Shown piece by piece: positions 22,911 to 36,162 of a DNA stretch of 64,000 nucleotides; within the stretch, counting starts at the first letter, position 1; the number at the start of each line of letters is the position of its first letter. The notes under the pieces were generated by a model that saw nothing but the letters and a program-made list of their open reading frames with translations, searched no databases and had not been told where the DNA came from. The stretch spans positions 446,636 through 510,635 of the forward strand of contig NMRA01000251.1 in NCBI GenBank assembly GCA_002633005.1, written 5' to 3'. This DNA is from Phoronis australis (taxonomy: Eukaryota; Animalia; Phoronida). Made by a program: the position numbers and the translations under genes.

Positions 22911-24219
22911 ATTTCCAACTCAAGATCACCAATATTCCTGTGAGAGAAAAATAAGTGAACTGCAGCAAGAAATACAAAGATATCAGCAACAAATTGAAAA
23001 ATTAGAAAAAGACGCTGAAGATCGGCATGACATGGAGGCTACACTCAGAACCTGCACAGAAGAAAGGGACAAGAAAATTTATGATCTTCAAGGTACGGTC
23101 AAAGAGAATGATCAAATGAAAACAAAGTTGAACAGTCTCAGAGAAAGCAGGATGGAATGCATGGATTTGTTCTGTGAAGATTCAGAACAAAAGCAAACAC
23201 TGCAGCTATACATTACAGAACATAACTACCCACCAAGACAGATCACCGCAGAAATCAGGAAAACACTGTACATTACAAAACATGGATACCTTCCAAAACA
23301 GACAACCACAGAAATGAACAACAGCCAAAGACAACATTTCAACAATGACACAGTACACCTCTCGTACAATCAAGGATGTCAGAGTCTACAGCAAGATGAC
23401 AGTGAAAGTGGGTTACAAGAGCAAATAAGGCAGGAACCTCACAACCAATATAGAGCAGCTACAACACTGAGATCAAAAGCTCCTCCAAAACAAAGCCTGG
23501 GAGAACCAAATGTTGCAAATGAAGGGAGTTGCAGAGGACGACCTGCCAGCTCAGTACATCTTGCACTGCAGAACTCTGAAGAATTCCAACACGGTAGCAA
23601 TTCAAGGATCAGAACAGCATGTCCCAACCAACAGACTTCAGGAAAAAATATAACTGAAGGCAGCAACCGTAGTTACAACCACGACAACAACACTCAACAG
23701 CAAAGCTCAAGGAAAGTCATGGCTCACAGCAATGGCTGCAGCATGTTTCCAGAAATCAGTCCACGATCTTCCTCGCAACAAAGATCCAGCAAACACGAAG
23801 GCAGGAACAGGGAGGACAGTGTAAGGATGTCACAAACAGCAAGCTATTCTCCACACCAGAAAGGGAATAATGAAGTGTCTCAGCTTCCCATAGACCGTGT
23901 CACGCCAAAGAGTTCTGCCAATAGCAAAGGACTGTATAATGAGGATGTCCATCCACAAGCCCTTGTGCACCACACCAAACAACAGATCACAAAATCAGCT
24001 AAAAATATAAGGGGTCAAGAAACCATGAAAGTCAGCAACCTCTCCAACAAAACCCAGCTACCCATGCCATTAAATAATATCAAAACGACAAACAGTAACC
24101 TTAGTACAACAAAATCGACAAGAACAAGACAAGATCCTCATAAGATGAAGGTACAAAGGCAAAGAACTGGGAAATCAAACGCTGTGAAAAGAACCAAGAA
24201 TCAGTATGGAATCGGATGA
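22911..24219 (+). CDS. CARD-coiled-coil gene 2, terminal exon: coiled coil then Q/S/N/T-rich low-complexity tail (spliced CDS about 685 aa)
   Basis: Acceptor TTTTCAG| in phase with ORF 22801..24219; LRESRMECMDLF..EQKQTLQLYI aligns with gene 1 LREDEKNCLQLL..EQNTTLLAYL. Confidence 0.82.
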
Positions 24220-24799
24220 GAGCTACGAAGACTTCTGGTATGGGAGGCTTTATACTCTTAGTTTGTGACCTTGGTAGAAGACAAAAGTCCAACATATAAG
24301 GCACAACCTTGTCGACAGACATGGGGTAGAGTTACAGCTTAGCATCCTGCACAGGATTCAGTGTTAAGTGACTGTGGTTTGTATTGAATCACTAACAACT
24401 TCCCTTGGCACTGCAGTTACTGGGTGTATACAGGTGTGTTTCAAATAATATGCTGAGATTTTTTACAGGAATGCATCCAGAAAACTCAGTTTATAGCAGG
24501 CTGGTTAATTCTATTGACTTGGATGGTTGTATAGCCATTTATTTTGTGAAATTTTAATTATTGCCCATGGGTGTGTCATTTCCTTAGCACGACCCACTGA
24601 AACACTGAATACTAGACTCAATCATAGAGCCCTGAAAATTACTTGTAAAGACCTTACTACCATGTGTTCTGACCACCTTCCAACACTAGAATTTCATAGG
24701 ATTAGCAAACATGAGTTTGAAGTCTGTAAAAACATTGAGTTATATTACGTGTTGACAAGGTGTCCTTTCCACATGAATCAGTCTTTCAGCAGACCTTAA

Positions 24800-25200
24800 A
24801 GACAGCGTCCAGCGGATAAAACACCTTTTTGACACTAGAAATGTAAGTATTGTTCTTGCTTCTTACATACCACAGAAATTAATTAATTCCAATGCAAATT
24901 ACACTGCTCATAATTCGTAACCCCTTCGAGCGCCCCAGAAAAAATCTCAACCAATCAGCGTAAAGTGGCTCTTATGACATCATCGTGGCCATGATAATTA
25001 CTGGGAAGCCACACTGCGTAACAGCTGAGTGCTATTTCTTGGACGTTCTGTACTTGTTTATCTCTGGGCTAAAATGCCTCTTTGCGTGATGTGCGAGTGT
25101 AGAAATGTCAGCGACAATGGGATACATTTGCACAAATTCCCCACCGATCACGTCATGTGCCGTGCGTGGAATAGATTCGTATCCACGACAAGGACTGGCG
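24800..25200 (+). mobile_element. Kolobok-like element left end with truncated THAP ORF (25074-25193)
   Basis: TTAA|AGACAGCG terminus; MPLCVMCECRNVSDNGIHLHKFPTDHVMCRAWNRFVSTTR has the THAP C-x4-C, LHxFP and W pattern but lacks the CxxHF end. Confidence 0.55.
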
Positions 25201-27298
25201 ACAAACTTTCCCTATCGGCAAGATCTGTTTTGGGCTTGGTGCAGAGCTGTATACAAAATCTACAGCTTCGCGTTGATGTGGGTAAAAATGACTAAATAAA
25301 ATCTGACTCAGAAATAGTGTCATTAAAAGCTGCACCACTCTTTGAGTAAACCAAATTATTTACCACTGTTAGAAGAATTACTGTTCTACTGCTCATCTAC
25401 TGCTAAAATTGAGGTGCGCTCTTGTGTGTCGGCCTTTTGCGATTACGTCACCTGACCTGAACAGTTTCCACCCGGTTTATTCTTCTATCAACTGTTCTTT
25501 GCTGCCACGAGGTTGCGTACTGTCACAACAAATTGTAGGAACTGGTTTCATTTCGTTACAAGTTATTAGCATTTTTAAGACCATTAAACTGAATTTAGAA
25601 CAAACTTTACTGCTGCGAAGCTGCCATCATGTCCCAAAAGAAGTCGCAAAATTTTAGTACGGCGCGTGCCACGAGCGTATTGTTTTCACAGCGACGAAGA
25701 CTTTCTTTGTTACACAACTCAAAAGGCGCTGAGTACATGCTAGAAAATGATGTTTATTAGACTGTTCTTCCCGTAAACGACTGGCAATGGGCAAGGTGAG
25801 TGTCCGAATTGTCTCCCAGATTTTGCATGCACCCCGGCCGTTGGTCGTTGGCTCTGCTGTATAAGTTTCACGGCGAGGTGACTAACACAACTCATACCCG
25901 GCCAGTATGAGATTTATTCTATAGTCTATGGTTTAACAGAGCCCAATTCACAGTGTTACCTTGCTGTATTTTGGTGATAGTCTTCAAGCAGCTATCTGGC
26001 TGGCTACAAAAAAAATCGGCAGTGTGCACTTCGACATTTCAGGTTACTGTTCCGGCCCAGAGTATAAGGAATCCGGCCCAAATCCGGAATTTTCCGTCTG
26101 ATTTGGCTCCTTCCCGTAGGCCTAACAGAATTCTGATACTGAATTTAAAACATTTAAAAAAAGTTCAATTGGTTACAAATTCTTCCAATTAGGTATGTTT
26201 TCATGCAATCCAGACTTTATTTCATAGTTTTAATTTATCACAGACACCCACAATCTTGTGTTGCTATTAAATTTTCAATTTTTTTAGGATGACCGAGTCA
26301 AAATGGCGGCGATTAGGCTACAGGTTGTAGCATTTCAAGGCGACTTATTTTGAAAATTGAGTTTCTGATATCAAGTTTTCAATGAACTTGATTATAATTG
26401 CGTTGTACAAAAAGATCAAGCTGACGTGTTGTAACGTTTCCAAGTATTTTGCACCAAATTAAACAGCCTATTGTCGCCTATACCAATACGGAAACACACA
26501 CTCGACAGCCGCCCGCAGGCCTATTGGAATCGCGCAGCGTTCACACCTTCAGCTTCAAAAAGACATGAATGCAAAGCTCCTAACATTATTCGTGGTAACA
26601 ATGATGTCATAGACTTCGCTTGGCGCAAGCGTCGTCTCAAGTTTTTTTTGGCGCTAAATGGGGTTCGTGATGGGGCTACTGTCGAAGGCCTACTTAATGA
26701 ATGACTGAGGTATGCTATGACACATTATTTTGATGTTTTTCGTCAATAAATGTATTTTAGATGTAAAAATAGTCATTTTGGCACCATACTTGGCCTTTAA
26801 GGAGTGTTTATCCAAATGTCCTCCAGTTTTTATTGCAGGACTAGACCTCCATACCTACTACCTAGTTGATTTGATTTGGTGTTCACTTATTTATTTGTTT
26901 GTGCATTTTCTCCATCCTTATTTCAAAGTCAGTAAAATGAGTCCATGGTTCATGTTTACTATACCGACTAGCACAAAATATTATCTTGATACAATCACTG
27001 GCACAGAGAACTGTAACAAGCATCTGACATGATGCAAGTTACATATTGGAATGACTTCCTCCTAGACCAATTGGACATTAAGGTTAACAAGCTCAGTTTG
27101 GTCAGCATTTTTACCCATAGCAGAGGACAAAATGAGTGCCAGTAACTGCGAGTGCTCTGCTTATAATTTGTCGATAATATATCGAATTCTTGTTTGGTTA
27201 AATTGCTGCTCATTTTAAACAACAAAACACAGTGGCATTAGAATAACTTACTTTGAATCATTGACCACCTGTGACGTATGTTGTGACTTCAGCCTTAC

Positions 27299-27403
27299 CT
27301 GTGATATGAGATACTTTGTGATACGCTCAGATAGGCGGCCACGGGGGCTATTGAGAATCATCTCCAACATGTCACCTTTCAACTTCTCCATGACGACAAA
27401 TAT
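27299..27403 (-). CDS. PRKD: PRKD exon: kinase subdomain V-VIa (last PRKD exon found in the window)
   Basis: [35 protein letters not shown]; donor CAG|GTAAGG. Confidence 0.95.
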
Positions 27404-30400
27404 CTGAAAAGTAGACGTCATTTGTATACCATATCTCTGTAACATGTAATCACTCTCAATCATTATCACCAAGATATTGTTCAGCAATATCACACATATA
27501 CATTAAAATTCATATGTACATAATTTTTTTAAATTTATAATGGTAATCTTGTATATATCATTGAAATTACTGTGGCATTTGTACACTCATCTGTATATAC
27601 TGATATGTGTATGTTTCAAAACATCGTGTGTCTTGTAATTATGTTGCTAGGTCAGTTACTTTATCTATGTTCAGTTGAGAGTAGAGTTTTGTTTCACAGG
27701 TATGAACGTAACAGAATAAAGGCTGTGAACAATGAAAAGTGTCGTGCGTTTAACCAATTCTGTATAACTGATATGTGTGTGTATGTTCACCTGTGCGTGT
27801 GTATGTGATTCCCAGGTATGTTTTCTAGCGCTTTCTGTTACATTATATTTTCTGTAATTAACTTTAATGAAGTAGAAGTCAACTTCTGTAAAAGTAATCA
27901 GTCTTTAAAACTGCTGTTAACCAGCTGACTAACATTCCCTTAGTTAACTCTTGCACTAATAAGGAAATCCTAGTTGCCCTATGATTCACGTAAAGTACAA
28001 TGAACTCGTAGCCATCTTCAAAGATACTAGCAAACAGTACATTTTGCTGGATCTCTAAATGAGTGAGTGAAACTAGTGCAGTCCCCCAGTAGGTGTACTT
28101 CACTACGGTGACACACCAAGATAGAATTATTGATACGGTTACCACTAGTTTCCTATTGATAGTTAAACAGAACAGGGACTTTTTTCTATATCTCCAAAAA
28201 TGAAGGCATGGAAATACATTAGCGTTATGTGTTTGCATCTGTCATACCAAACTGGGCAAATCCATACACATCCCAGTGTTGTCTTTCACCAAACACAAAG
28301 TAATACAAGAAATTCCAATATTCCCAAAATGGGTTGAAAACCAGACACCAATCAAATTTACGTTGTTGAAGATATAAGTTCTTAACATACACCTTTAACA
28401 ATTAAGGTTTTTTGTCTATATTTAATCAAGCAAAATAGCATCTAAACTTGTAAACTTGTACCTATATAACATCATTTGAAAGTTTTGTTTTCACATCAGA
28501 CATTTCCATGGTTTCAAAGTTTTCTATAAAAATTGGCAAGCACACGCAGACATAGGTAAGGCTTCATTGAATCAGCGAGCTTGTAAACTGAGCATTGTGA
28601 CAATTTTAAGGCAAGAGGATAAAGCAGAAATGGTTTCCCAACTTCTACTTCTGTTGCAGTAAAAACAAAATTACTAAGTTATTTAAAGGGATACCGAACC
28701 CAGATTTGGACTATTAAGAGATAACAAAACAACTTTCCAATCCAGTTCCCTGAAAAAAAATAATGCCCTGTAATCCTCGACAACCCTCAAAAGTTGGAGT
28801 AAAATCCTTACAAAGTCTGCTAAATGGGCAAGCCTTACGTACGCTGTAGGCGAGTTACACAACAAATGTATGAAAGACCACCCACCAAGAATTTTTACTT
28901 GAATTCAGCTTTTTATCACTCATGTGGAATGCCAATGAGTAATGCTTTAGCAGGTGGCAGAACAAGGCCTTGATTGAAATCACCACAACATGGTTTAGTA
29001 TCCTTCTTACCATGTTTCACTAATAGGGAACATTCAACATACAATTTTTCAGTATCACGAGATTATGAAAGCGTCCTTCACCGAACCCCGTTTTTACTAA
29101 TTCTGGTGTGCACGGCAGGCCAAGTCGACAGCAACAAAATGCAAGATTTTTCATTCATGGACATTTCGAAATGGGACATTTTCATAGGAGTCATTAGATT
29201 CTTCCACTACACAAGAGTGGTAATTTAATGGCGTGATGACTGCAAATACAGTCAGACACATTGTGAAATGTGTGATGAAGTGTGTTAGGGCTCTTCGCAT
29301 GAAATGTTTTTATAAAACTGCTCAAAATCAATAAACTACAAACTGACATCCTTTTATGTAAAAAACGATGATTTTTAGCACTCAATAAAATTTGGACTGC
29401 ATTACAGTGATGTTTAAACTTTCATTAAAGTAAAGACATCAAATTTCCAAAATGCACATGGAAATTTGCCACGTGATCGTACGTCAGCTCATGGTAGTAG
29501 ATTGTAGCACAGCGTTTTTGACAGCCAATCTGTTGCAATAAATTCATCTGGACGAAGTTGATTAAGTCTGCAGTTTTCATCTTTATAATGCTGTTGTCAG
29601 AATCTTTTGATAATGTATTTGATTTGGTCACATACCGTAAAACCTCATCAATTTAAGACACAGTATAGCAGACACGTGAAATTTTATTCTCTTTTTCATA
29701 AATGATATACAGTATCAAAATAATGCTCGAACATATTCCAGTTCTCGGCTATATCTACCACCAGACAGCACTTTGAAAAAACGTGGTCGTTCACAACAAT
29801 GATAGAGAAGCCCTTGAAAACGAAAAAAACACAAGTTAGACAATTATTTTTCTCCAAAACTGCTGAGATATTACCATGGCACACATAGCCATCCAAAATA
29901 TTTGCATTGTCACATCAGTCTGACATGTCAGTTTGCAATGCACAATCAGCTGAATCAATCGTGAAATGGAAGCGATAAGTTTCCTTTATTTTCAGCGTGC
30001 CGGTGCTCGAACTACACTGAATAACCAATGCAACAAATCCAATCAATTAATAATCCATGCTTTTTGTTTGGCCTAACCAGTCAGAGATGGACAGACGGTA
30101 ATGCCATGTGCTTCTGGCTTCGTACACGGCACTTAACATGTGCAATATAAAACTTCATTTTTAATGAGAGTAAGTTGCCTTGTCATCTGTTTAGGCAAGA
30201 ATGGGATCAAAATGGGTTAACAGATGGAAACAATAAGGAATTTTGAGTCCATTAAAATGGCTATTCAGTAATCAATCATAAACATGCGGAACTTTTGAAA
30301 GCTGCCCCCTGGTGTCATGATTCATGCATTACACCAGGTTATTAATTTTGGAATGGAGTGTTGTTTCTGTGTTTAACACAAAGGGCTTGCCTAAATTGCT

Positions 30401-31858
30401 CCGACTTGATTTAAAATCAAAAATATTTCAAAAGCAGGCTGGATTGCACTCAAGTATAAGCTGTAAAAGTGCAAAAATCAAAAGTTATGTTTGTCTCTCA
30501 CATAGTTGTAGTTTAAACAAGCTATTTGACAGAGGTGGCTAATTTAATAGTATATGTATGATGTTCGTGGAAATGTCAAATCTTTAACAGAAGTTTTTGA
30601 ACCTACTTAAACATTTGTCAGTTAACGTAAGATCTGCAGGTAAGATTAAGTTTGTCATAACATGGGTAACATTAAATCATGAAACTATGTTTTGGTATGT
30701 CATTGTACAGATACTCATGTGGCTGGTGAGAAGACGATTCTAGCAAACAGCAGTTTCAATAACTGCAGCCTTTTGAATTAACCAGTACCTAAGATCACTT
30801 CAGAAAGCTGTTACAAAATGTTAGCTTGAAAAAGCAGTATAAAACTCCACACTATACTAATACAATTACTCGCTACTAAAGAAGGAAATATTAAATTCGA
30901 AATTACGCAAAGACAACAGATTTGAGTTAAACAAACATAAACGCAGGACTAAAACACCTCTATAGTCGTGATGCAGTTATTGCAAAAAAGTAGTTTTGAG
31001 CACACCAGGGCTAAAAATCAAACTTAGTGAAAATGAAAAAAATGAGGTCATGGAAAAGCAAAAAGCTAGGCAACTGTTGTCTGCAGATGTGCCGTTAAAC
31101 ATGGGGATATGGTAAATCTTGTCTTACTTTGAGAAAAAACATGCTATGATTGTCCTATTTCTTTAAGGTGGATTACTTTGTTTCAAAAGGGAACTTTGCC
31201 AATGTTTTGAATGACATTACGCAGCTCAAACTATGATAATGGTAGCATAAAATTTTCTATCTGTATTTTTGGTGAGCTCTCACTTGTCCATCATAATGTG
31301 AGCAGAATCGCAAAGAATTACCATACAATCACAGACAGAAGCAAGGCGAAACTGCAGGAGTTAACTCCCTTGTTAATCATGCATGAAACAAGGAAAATCT
31401 CTTCTGCGCAGCACATTATCAGAAAAACAGCACGCGAAAGGGGGACAGAACTGAGATGACTCTCAACTACTCTGAATGGATCATAGAAATGCAACCATGA
31501 AATCAGGTTATTGAAATAATAATAATAATAGTAAAGAAATCAAAATGTCAATTGAATAGTCATTCACATTCGCTGTGCTCTCTCACTCAGCAAAATGGTC
31601 ATACTCACTTTTTGGGGAATGACTCCCTGTTAATAAAAATGCTTGTTTTTACTTTTTGCCAACAAATAATTATGCAATATATTTTGCTTAAATTTTCCAA
31701 GAAATAATCAAATTCATAGGTTACCAAGATAGCATTAATGATAATGAAGTTATTCAAAACAAAACAACAACAAATCAAAGCAAAACAGTGCGGTCTAACA
31801 GAATAAGCCACAATATCAAAAGCCATCTTGAAACCAAACATGGTCGCCATATACCCAC

Positions 31859-31915
31859 CCTTTCTGGAGTCTCAAACATTTTTTCCAGGTTGACTACACC
31901 AGGATGGTGCAAGTT
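31859..31915 (-). CDS. PRKD: PRKD exon: kinase subdomain IV
   Basis: [19 protein letters not shown]; 57 nt, phase 0-0. Confidence 0.92.
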
Positions 31916-33182
31916 CTGTAAATCAGATCAAGTAATAAATGAACAACTTAAAATTTAGACATGAAGACATACAGAACATATTGCTTGATTGTAAGTGCTA
32001 AAGGTTAATATTTAGGACATAGTTGATAAGTCTGTGTAGTTGGCCAAATACTCAGTATATGATTTATTTTACGAATGCAAAAAGCTTGCGGACTTAATAA
32101 AATTATAGAAATGTCCTGTCTATTGGGTCACATGACCACGCCTTTAAAATAAAAATTAGCAAAAAAGAAAGGTAAATTTTCATATCAAAACCACGGTAAC
32201 AATAACAGGGCCAACTTTTGTTTGATATAAATTTTCAAGATGTGATCATAAAAAGATGCCATAGTTTTCTAGATTATCAAGTTGTTTCCGATTTATGCAA
32301 AAGTGGAACATTTTAAAAACAATTCCTAAGAGAGTTTTGGAAAACGGTGCATAAAGCATAAGTTTCGTTCAAATCCCATCCGCCATTTTTGAGATAAGAT
32401 GTTCCAAAATTAACCAAATTTGGACAGTTTTCCAAAGTTCCACAAAACCTCAAGCTTCAAAAATGTTCCTCCACTCCCTTGAGTCATCAGAATGAATAAA
32501 TTAGTACATTACAACTTGATCCACATCAGGCTATAACGTGCATGGTACAACTGAAATTGGTCCATAGCCCATGGAAAAAACCAATGGCACAAAATATCAT
32601 TTGCCGAGACCACCTCAAATTCCACTTACAGTAAAAATAACAGGTTATGACAAGTTTTTGAAACAACAAGTGAACCTAACAATAGAATAGCATTTCCACC
32701 ATTTAAACTTCCTCCATCATTCAAGGCAATGGCGGACAGTAACTACGGCCCTGCCTGTGCTCAGTGACCATGACAGGGAATTCTGGATACACTTAACATG
32801 TACTTCATAGTAATCATTACAAAAAATTGTGCATGTAATCAGCTTGCTTCTATGACAAAGACACCATTATTCATACAGAGCAAAAGATCTCATAAAAACA
32901 AATTCTTGAATTCATAGCAAGAACACTTGGACAGTAAAGTGAACAATTGATTTAAAGGAAAAACATCCATTTAACACAAATGGGTTATTAAAACATTCAT
33001 CCAAGAGATTTCATCCTTAAGCTTTTAACATTTAGTCCAACAATCTGACGGCAATTTAACAACATTTAATGTTTATCTAGCCGTAATACAAAAGGTGATG
33101 TGTCAGTATATTGAACAAACATCACTTTGTGAATGGATACCAACAGAAGGTGATGTTTCAGTAAAAATTTAACAGACATCAC

Positions 33183-33289
33183 CTTGAGAATGGAAACCTC
33201 AGTCTTGAGTTGGGCTTCTTCCTTTGTCGGGAACCTTAACTTGTCAATAACTTTAATGGCAACCTCACGTCCATCACGTCTGTTTTTAC
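33183..33289 (-). CDS. PRKD: PRKD exon: kinase VAIK and alphaC helix
   Basis: [36 protein letters not shown]. Confidence 0.95.
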
Positions 33290-33909
33290 CTGAAAACAAG
33301 AGAAGGGGGGAGGTCTAAATTTTTGGTAATTCAAACCTACAGTAGGTTTAACTCAATGTTCCTTTGTGACCTTTCACCTCAAATACAAGCCAGAAGGTAT
33401 GTATGTAAATGTGGAGACTTGCAACTTCGAAACTTATCATCATACATTCTACATCATATATCAAGGCTTAAATTAATGAAAATTGCAGTTGTGGTCAGGT
33501 AACAAAGTGCGAGTGTTCAAGAATGACTTACTGTTTTATCACGACCCTTGACTTATAATTCAGGATAACTTGAACAGAGACCAATTTGTGAGTGAAACAA
33601 AACCTTCCATTTATCCTTGATAAAGCACAAACTGAAGGAGGAATCTTCTAAAGAGGTGTTCATAAAAGTTTGGGCATTAGCTGTCCTACCACAGAACTCA
33701 TTAATAACTTAGTCAACAGCAGCAGATCCAAAGGGAGTTCAGGAGCAAATCTCAAGTGTTCCTTGTTGGTCCATAGTCATCAACTCGTAATCCAGATCCA
33801 GAATCCTCACTTGGTGAAGTAACATGGACAACCATCAATACACAGAGCCTCATACCTAGACACACTAGTGTCTATGACTGGTTCACTCTGAAAGCACTAA
33901 CCACCCTAC

Positions 33910-34023
33910 CTCCGTACACAATACCAAACTGTCCCGAGCCCAGCACGTCATCAGGGAAGATCTGGTACAGCTGACTCACATCTTGTTTCTCTTCTTCCTT
34001 CCGGCCCTCGTAGGTCGAAGTTT
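33910..34023 (-). CDS. PRKD: PRKD exon: kinase Gly-rich loop
   Basis: [38 protein letters not shown]. Confidence 0.95.
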
Positions 34024-35242
34024 CTAAACAACAACAGAACAGTTCAAATGAAAACAGTATTTCAGTTTAAGAATACTTCAAAATGTTTCAGAAAAATCTG
34101 ACTATAATGCAAAAGTCAAGAACATGGTTCCTGGCTTTTTGGCAATACATCAAAAGACATTAAAAAACAAAAACCATATTTGAAGAAACATTTGTTGTTT
34201 TTCTAATCAACCCGATCAAAAAGTTTTCAACAAAAAACTATGTGCAAAAATGGTGAAAATTTGCTGAATTGAACTGCTTTGAACAGTTTTCTCTGACTTA
34301 GATTGAGAAAAAAGTCAGAGAAGTGACTGTACAGTGAAAATTGGCAATCAAAAACAGACACCAGTATATTTTTATTTACGTCATTAATGTCATCAGAAAA
34401 AAAGCAAAACTACCAAGTTAATGGACACTCAAGGTCACTTTAGACAATGTGACATTGTTCTAAAGAAAAAGAATGAGCGCCCTATCTTGCAATGTTATTA
34501 GTAAGCAGATGAAAATAACGAAACAGTGTGTTGTGAAAATCCCACCCTCACATGTCAGCGTTGCCCATAGTGTCCTAAGCACTTGGTAGCATGTTGTTCC
34601 TGAAATGTTTTTAAGGGAGCGCCTTTGTGGCTTCGTTTTAAGAGTCCACTAAGACACAACAAATTAGAACCTGGGGTTAGTAAAACTCCTTCAAATTACA
34701 ACTTGGTCTTATTCTTGTCTGCAGACTGCGATTAAAGCTCGGCATGCGAGCTTTCACGTAAGGATGTTTAAACACCATTGATTTATCAATTTGACTGCAT
34801 CTATGGAAAACTTCCGGTAACTAAAAAAGTGGTCATTTCAAACTATCAATCAAAGGAAACTTCATACATGTGCGGCTTGTATTTATAAATAAAAATTGTC
34901 AAGCCCAAACAATATTATCAAATGGCTAAAAAGCCTTTCACTAGTCTATTCTCATGCACATTACGTGGGTTAATAATGGGTATTTAGGAATATATGCAAA
35001 TAGGTAGCAGAACAATGTACATACTTTATTCTATTGCACCTGATTGGCAGGTGCTTCAGGTCTGTGACCACAGGTGCATTCTGGTATATTGTGAGTTTTA
35101 CATGATCAAGCATTCTCAGGATATTGCGACGTATTAAAAGTAAACCACATGATCTCACTTGTTCTTGCTCCTGAGTAAGGCTACTGAGTAGACATGGATA
35201 ACATATGTACAGTGAACAGAGACTGGAGTAAAGATCACAAAC

Positions 35243-35495
35243 CTGCACTGTGCGTGGTTACAGGGAGAAGTGCCTGGCGAATGGCGTGTTCCAATGACTG
35301 AGCTTGTTCCAGGCCTATACCACTGTCTGACGACTGAGGGGGACACTCACGCGTCCCTCCACACGTGGGGTCTTCACCCACGTAATAAGATGTCTGGTCA
35401 CACTGTATCTCGAATACATGCGGGTCGCGAGTGGCGTCAACCGACTGTGGATCACGTGTAGTCTCAATATGGATTACGTCACTTAATGGGATCTC
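35243..35495 (-). CDS. PRKD: PRKD exon: PH domain C-part
   Basis: EIPLSDVIHIETT...HVFEIQCDQTSYYVGEDPTCGGTRECPPQSSDSGIGLEQAQSLEHAIRQALLPVTTHSA; phase 0-1. Confidence 0.92.
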
Positions 35496-35756
35496 CTGCT
35501 CAATAAAAAGAAAGATAATTGCTGCCCAGACGCATTAAATGATGTCTACCTAACTTACATTTAGTCATTATTAATATTTTCTTGTTATTATTATTGGCAT
35601 TACTATCATTACTATTATCATAACTATCATTACTATGAATAATTAATTTTACCACCAACCTTATGCATCAATAAACAATGTTATAAGGAGTTTGTTTCCT
35701 TCACAAGCAGTGAACATTTTTTAAATGAAATTAGAAACTTGCCAATTTCACCAACT

Positions 35757-36162
35757 AGGGGGAATCCACAATTGGCTAGACTTCAAAAACACTTGCCCCA
35801 ATTTCAAAAACTTTCTGCTGGACTGCAAAACCCAATGGGCGGTGTTCCAACTGTGTCATCAAAACGCAATGTCCAGTACCTAAAAACCAGATGGCCACAC
35901 CTAAAAAAACTGGTTGGCCGGCTCAAGCAAAACAGCTGAATAGGAAGTCTGGCCGTTGTGTTTGATCACTGACCAACTGGTTATAGCACCAATCATCGTG
36001 ATTTGGGTCCAGCCAACTAGTTTTTTAGGTGAAGTCTAAACAACACGTTTGATCACTGGCCATTGGGTTTTGCAGACCAGCCGCTTCGTTTTGAAATCCA
36101 GCCAAGTGGTTTTGAAGTCCGGCCATGTGGTTTTGAAGTCCGACCAATTGCTGAACCCCCCT
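35757..36162. mobile_element. Fold-back MITE
   Basis: AGGGGGAATCCACAATTGGCTAGACTTCAAAA ... TTTTGAAGTCCGACCAATTGCTGAACCCCCCT. Confidence 0.6.

Noticed and set aside
35345-35350. Apparent GTGAGT donor within the PH exon
   Set aside because: The reading frame continues to the conserved HAIRQALLPV helix, and the donor at 35242 fits.
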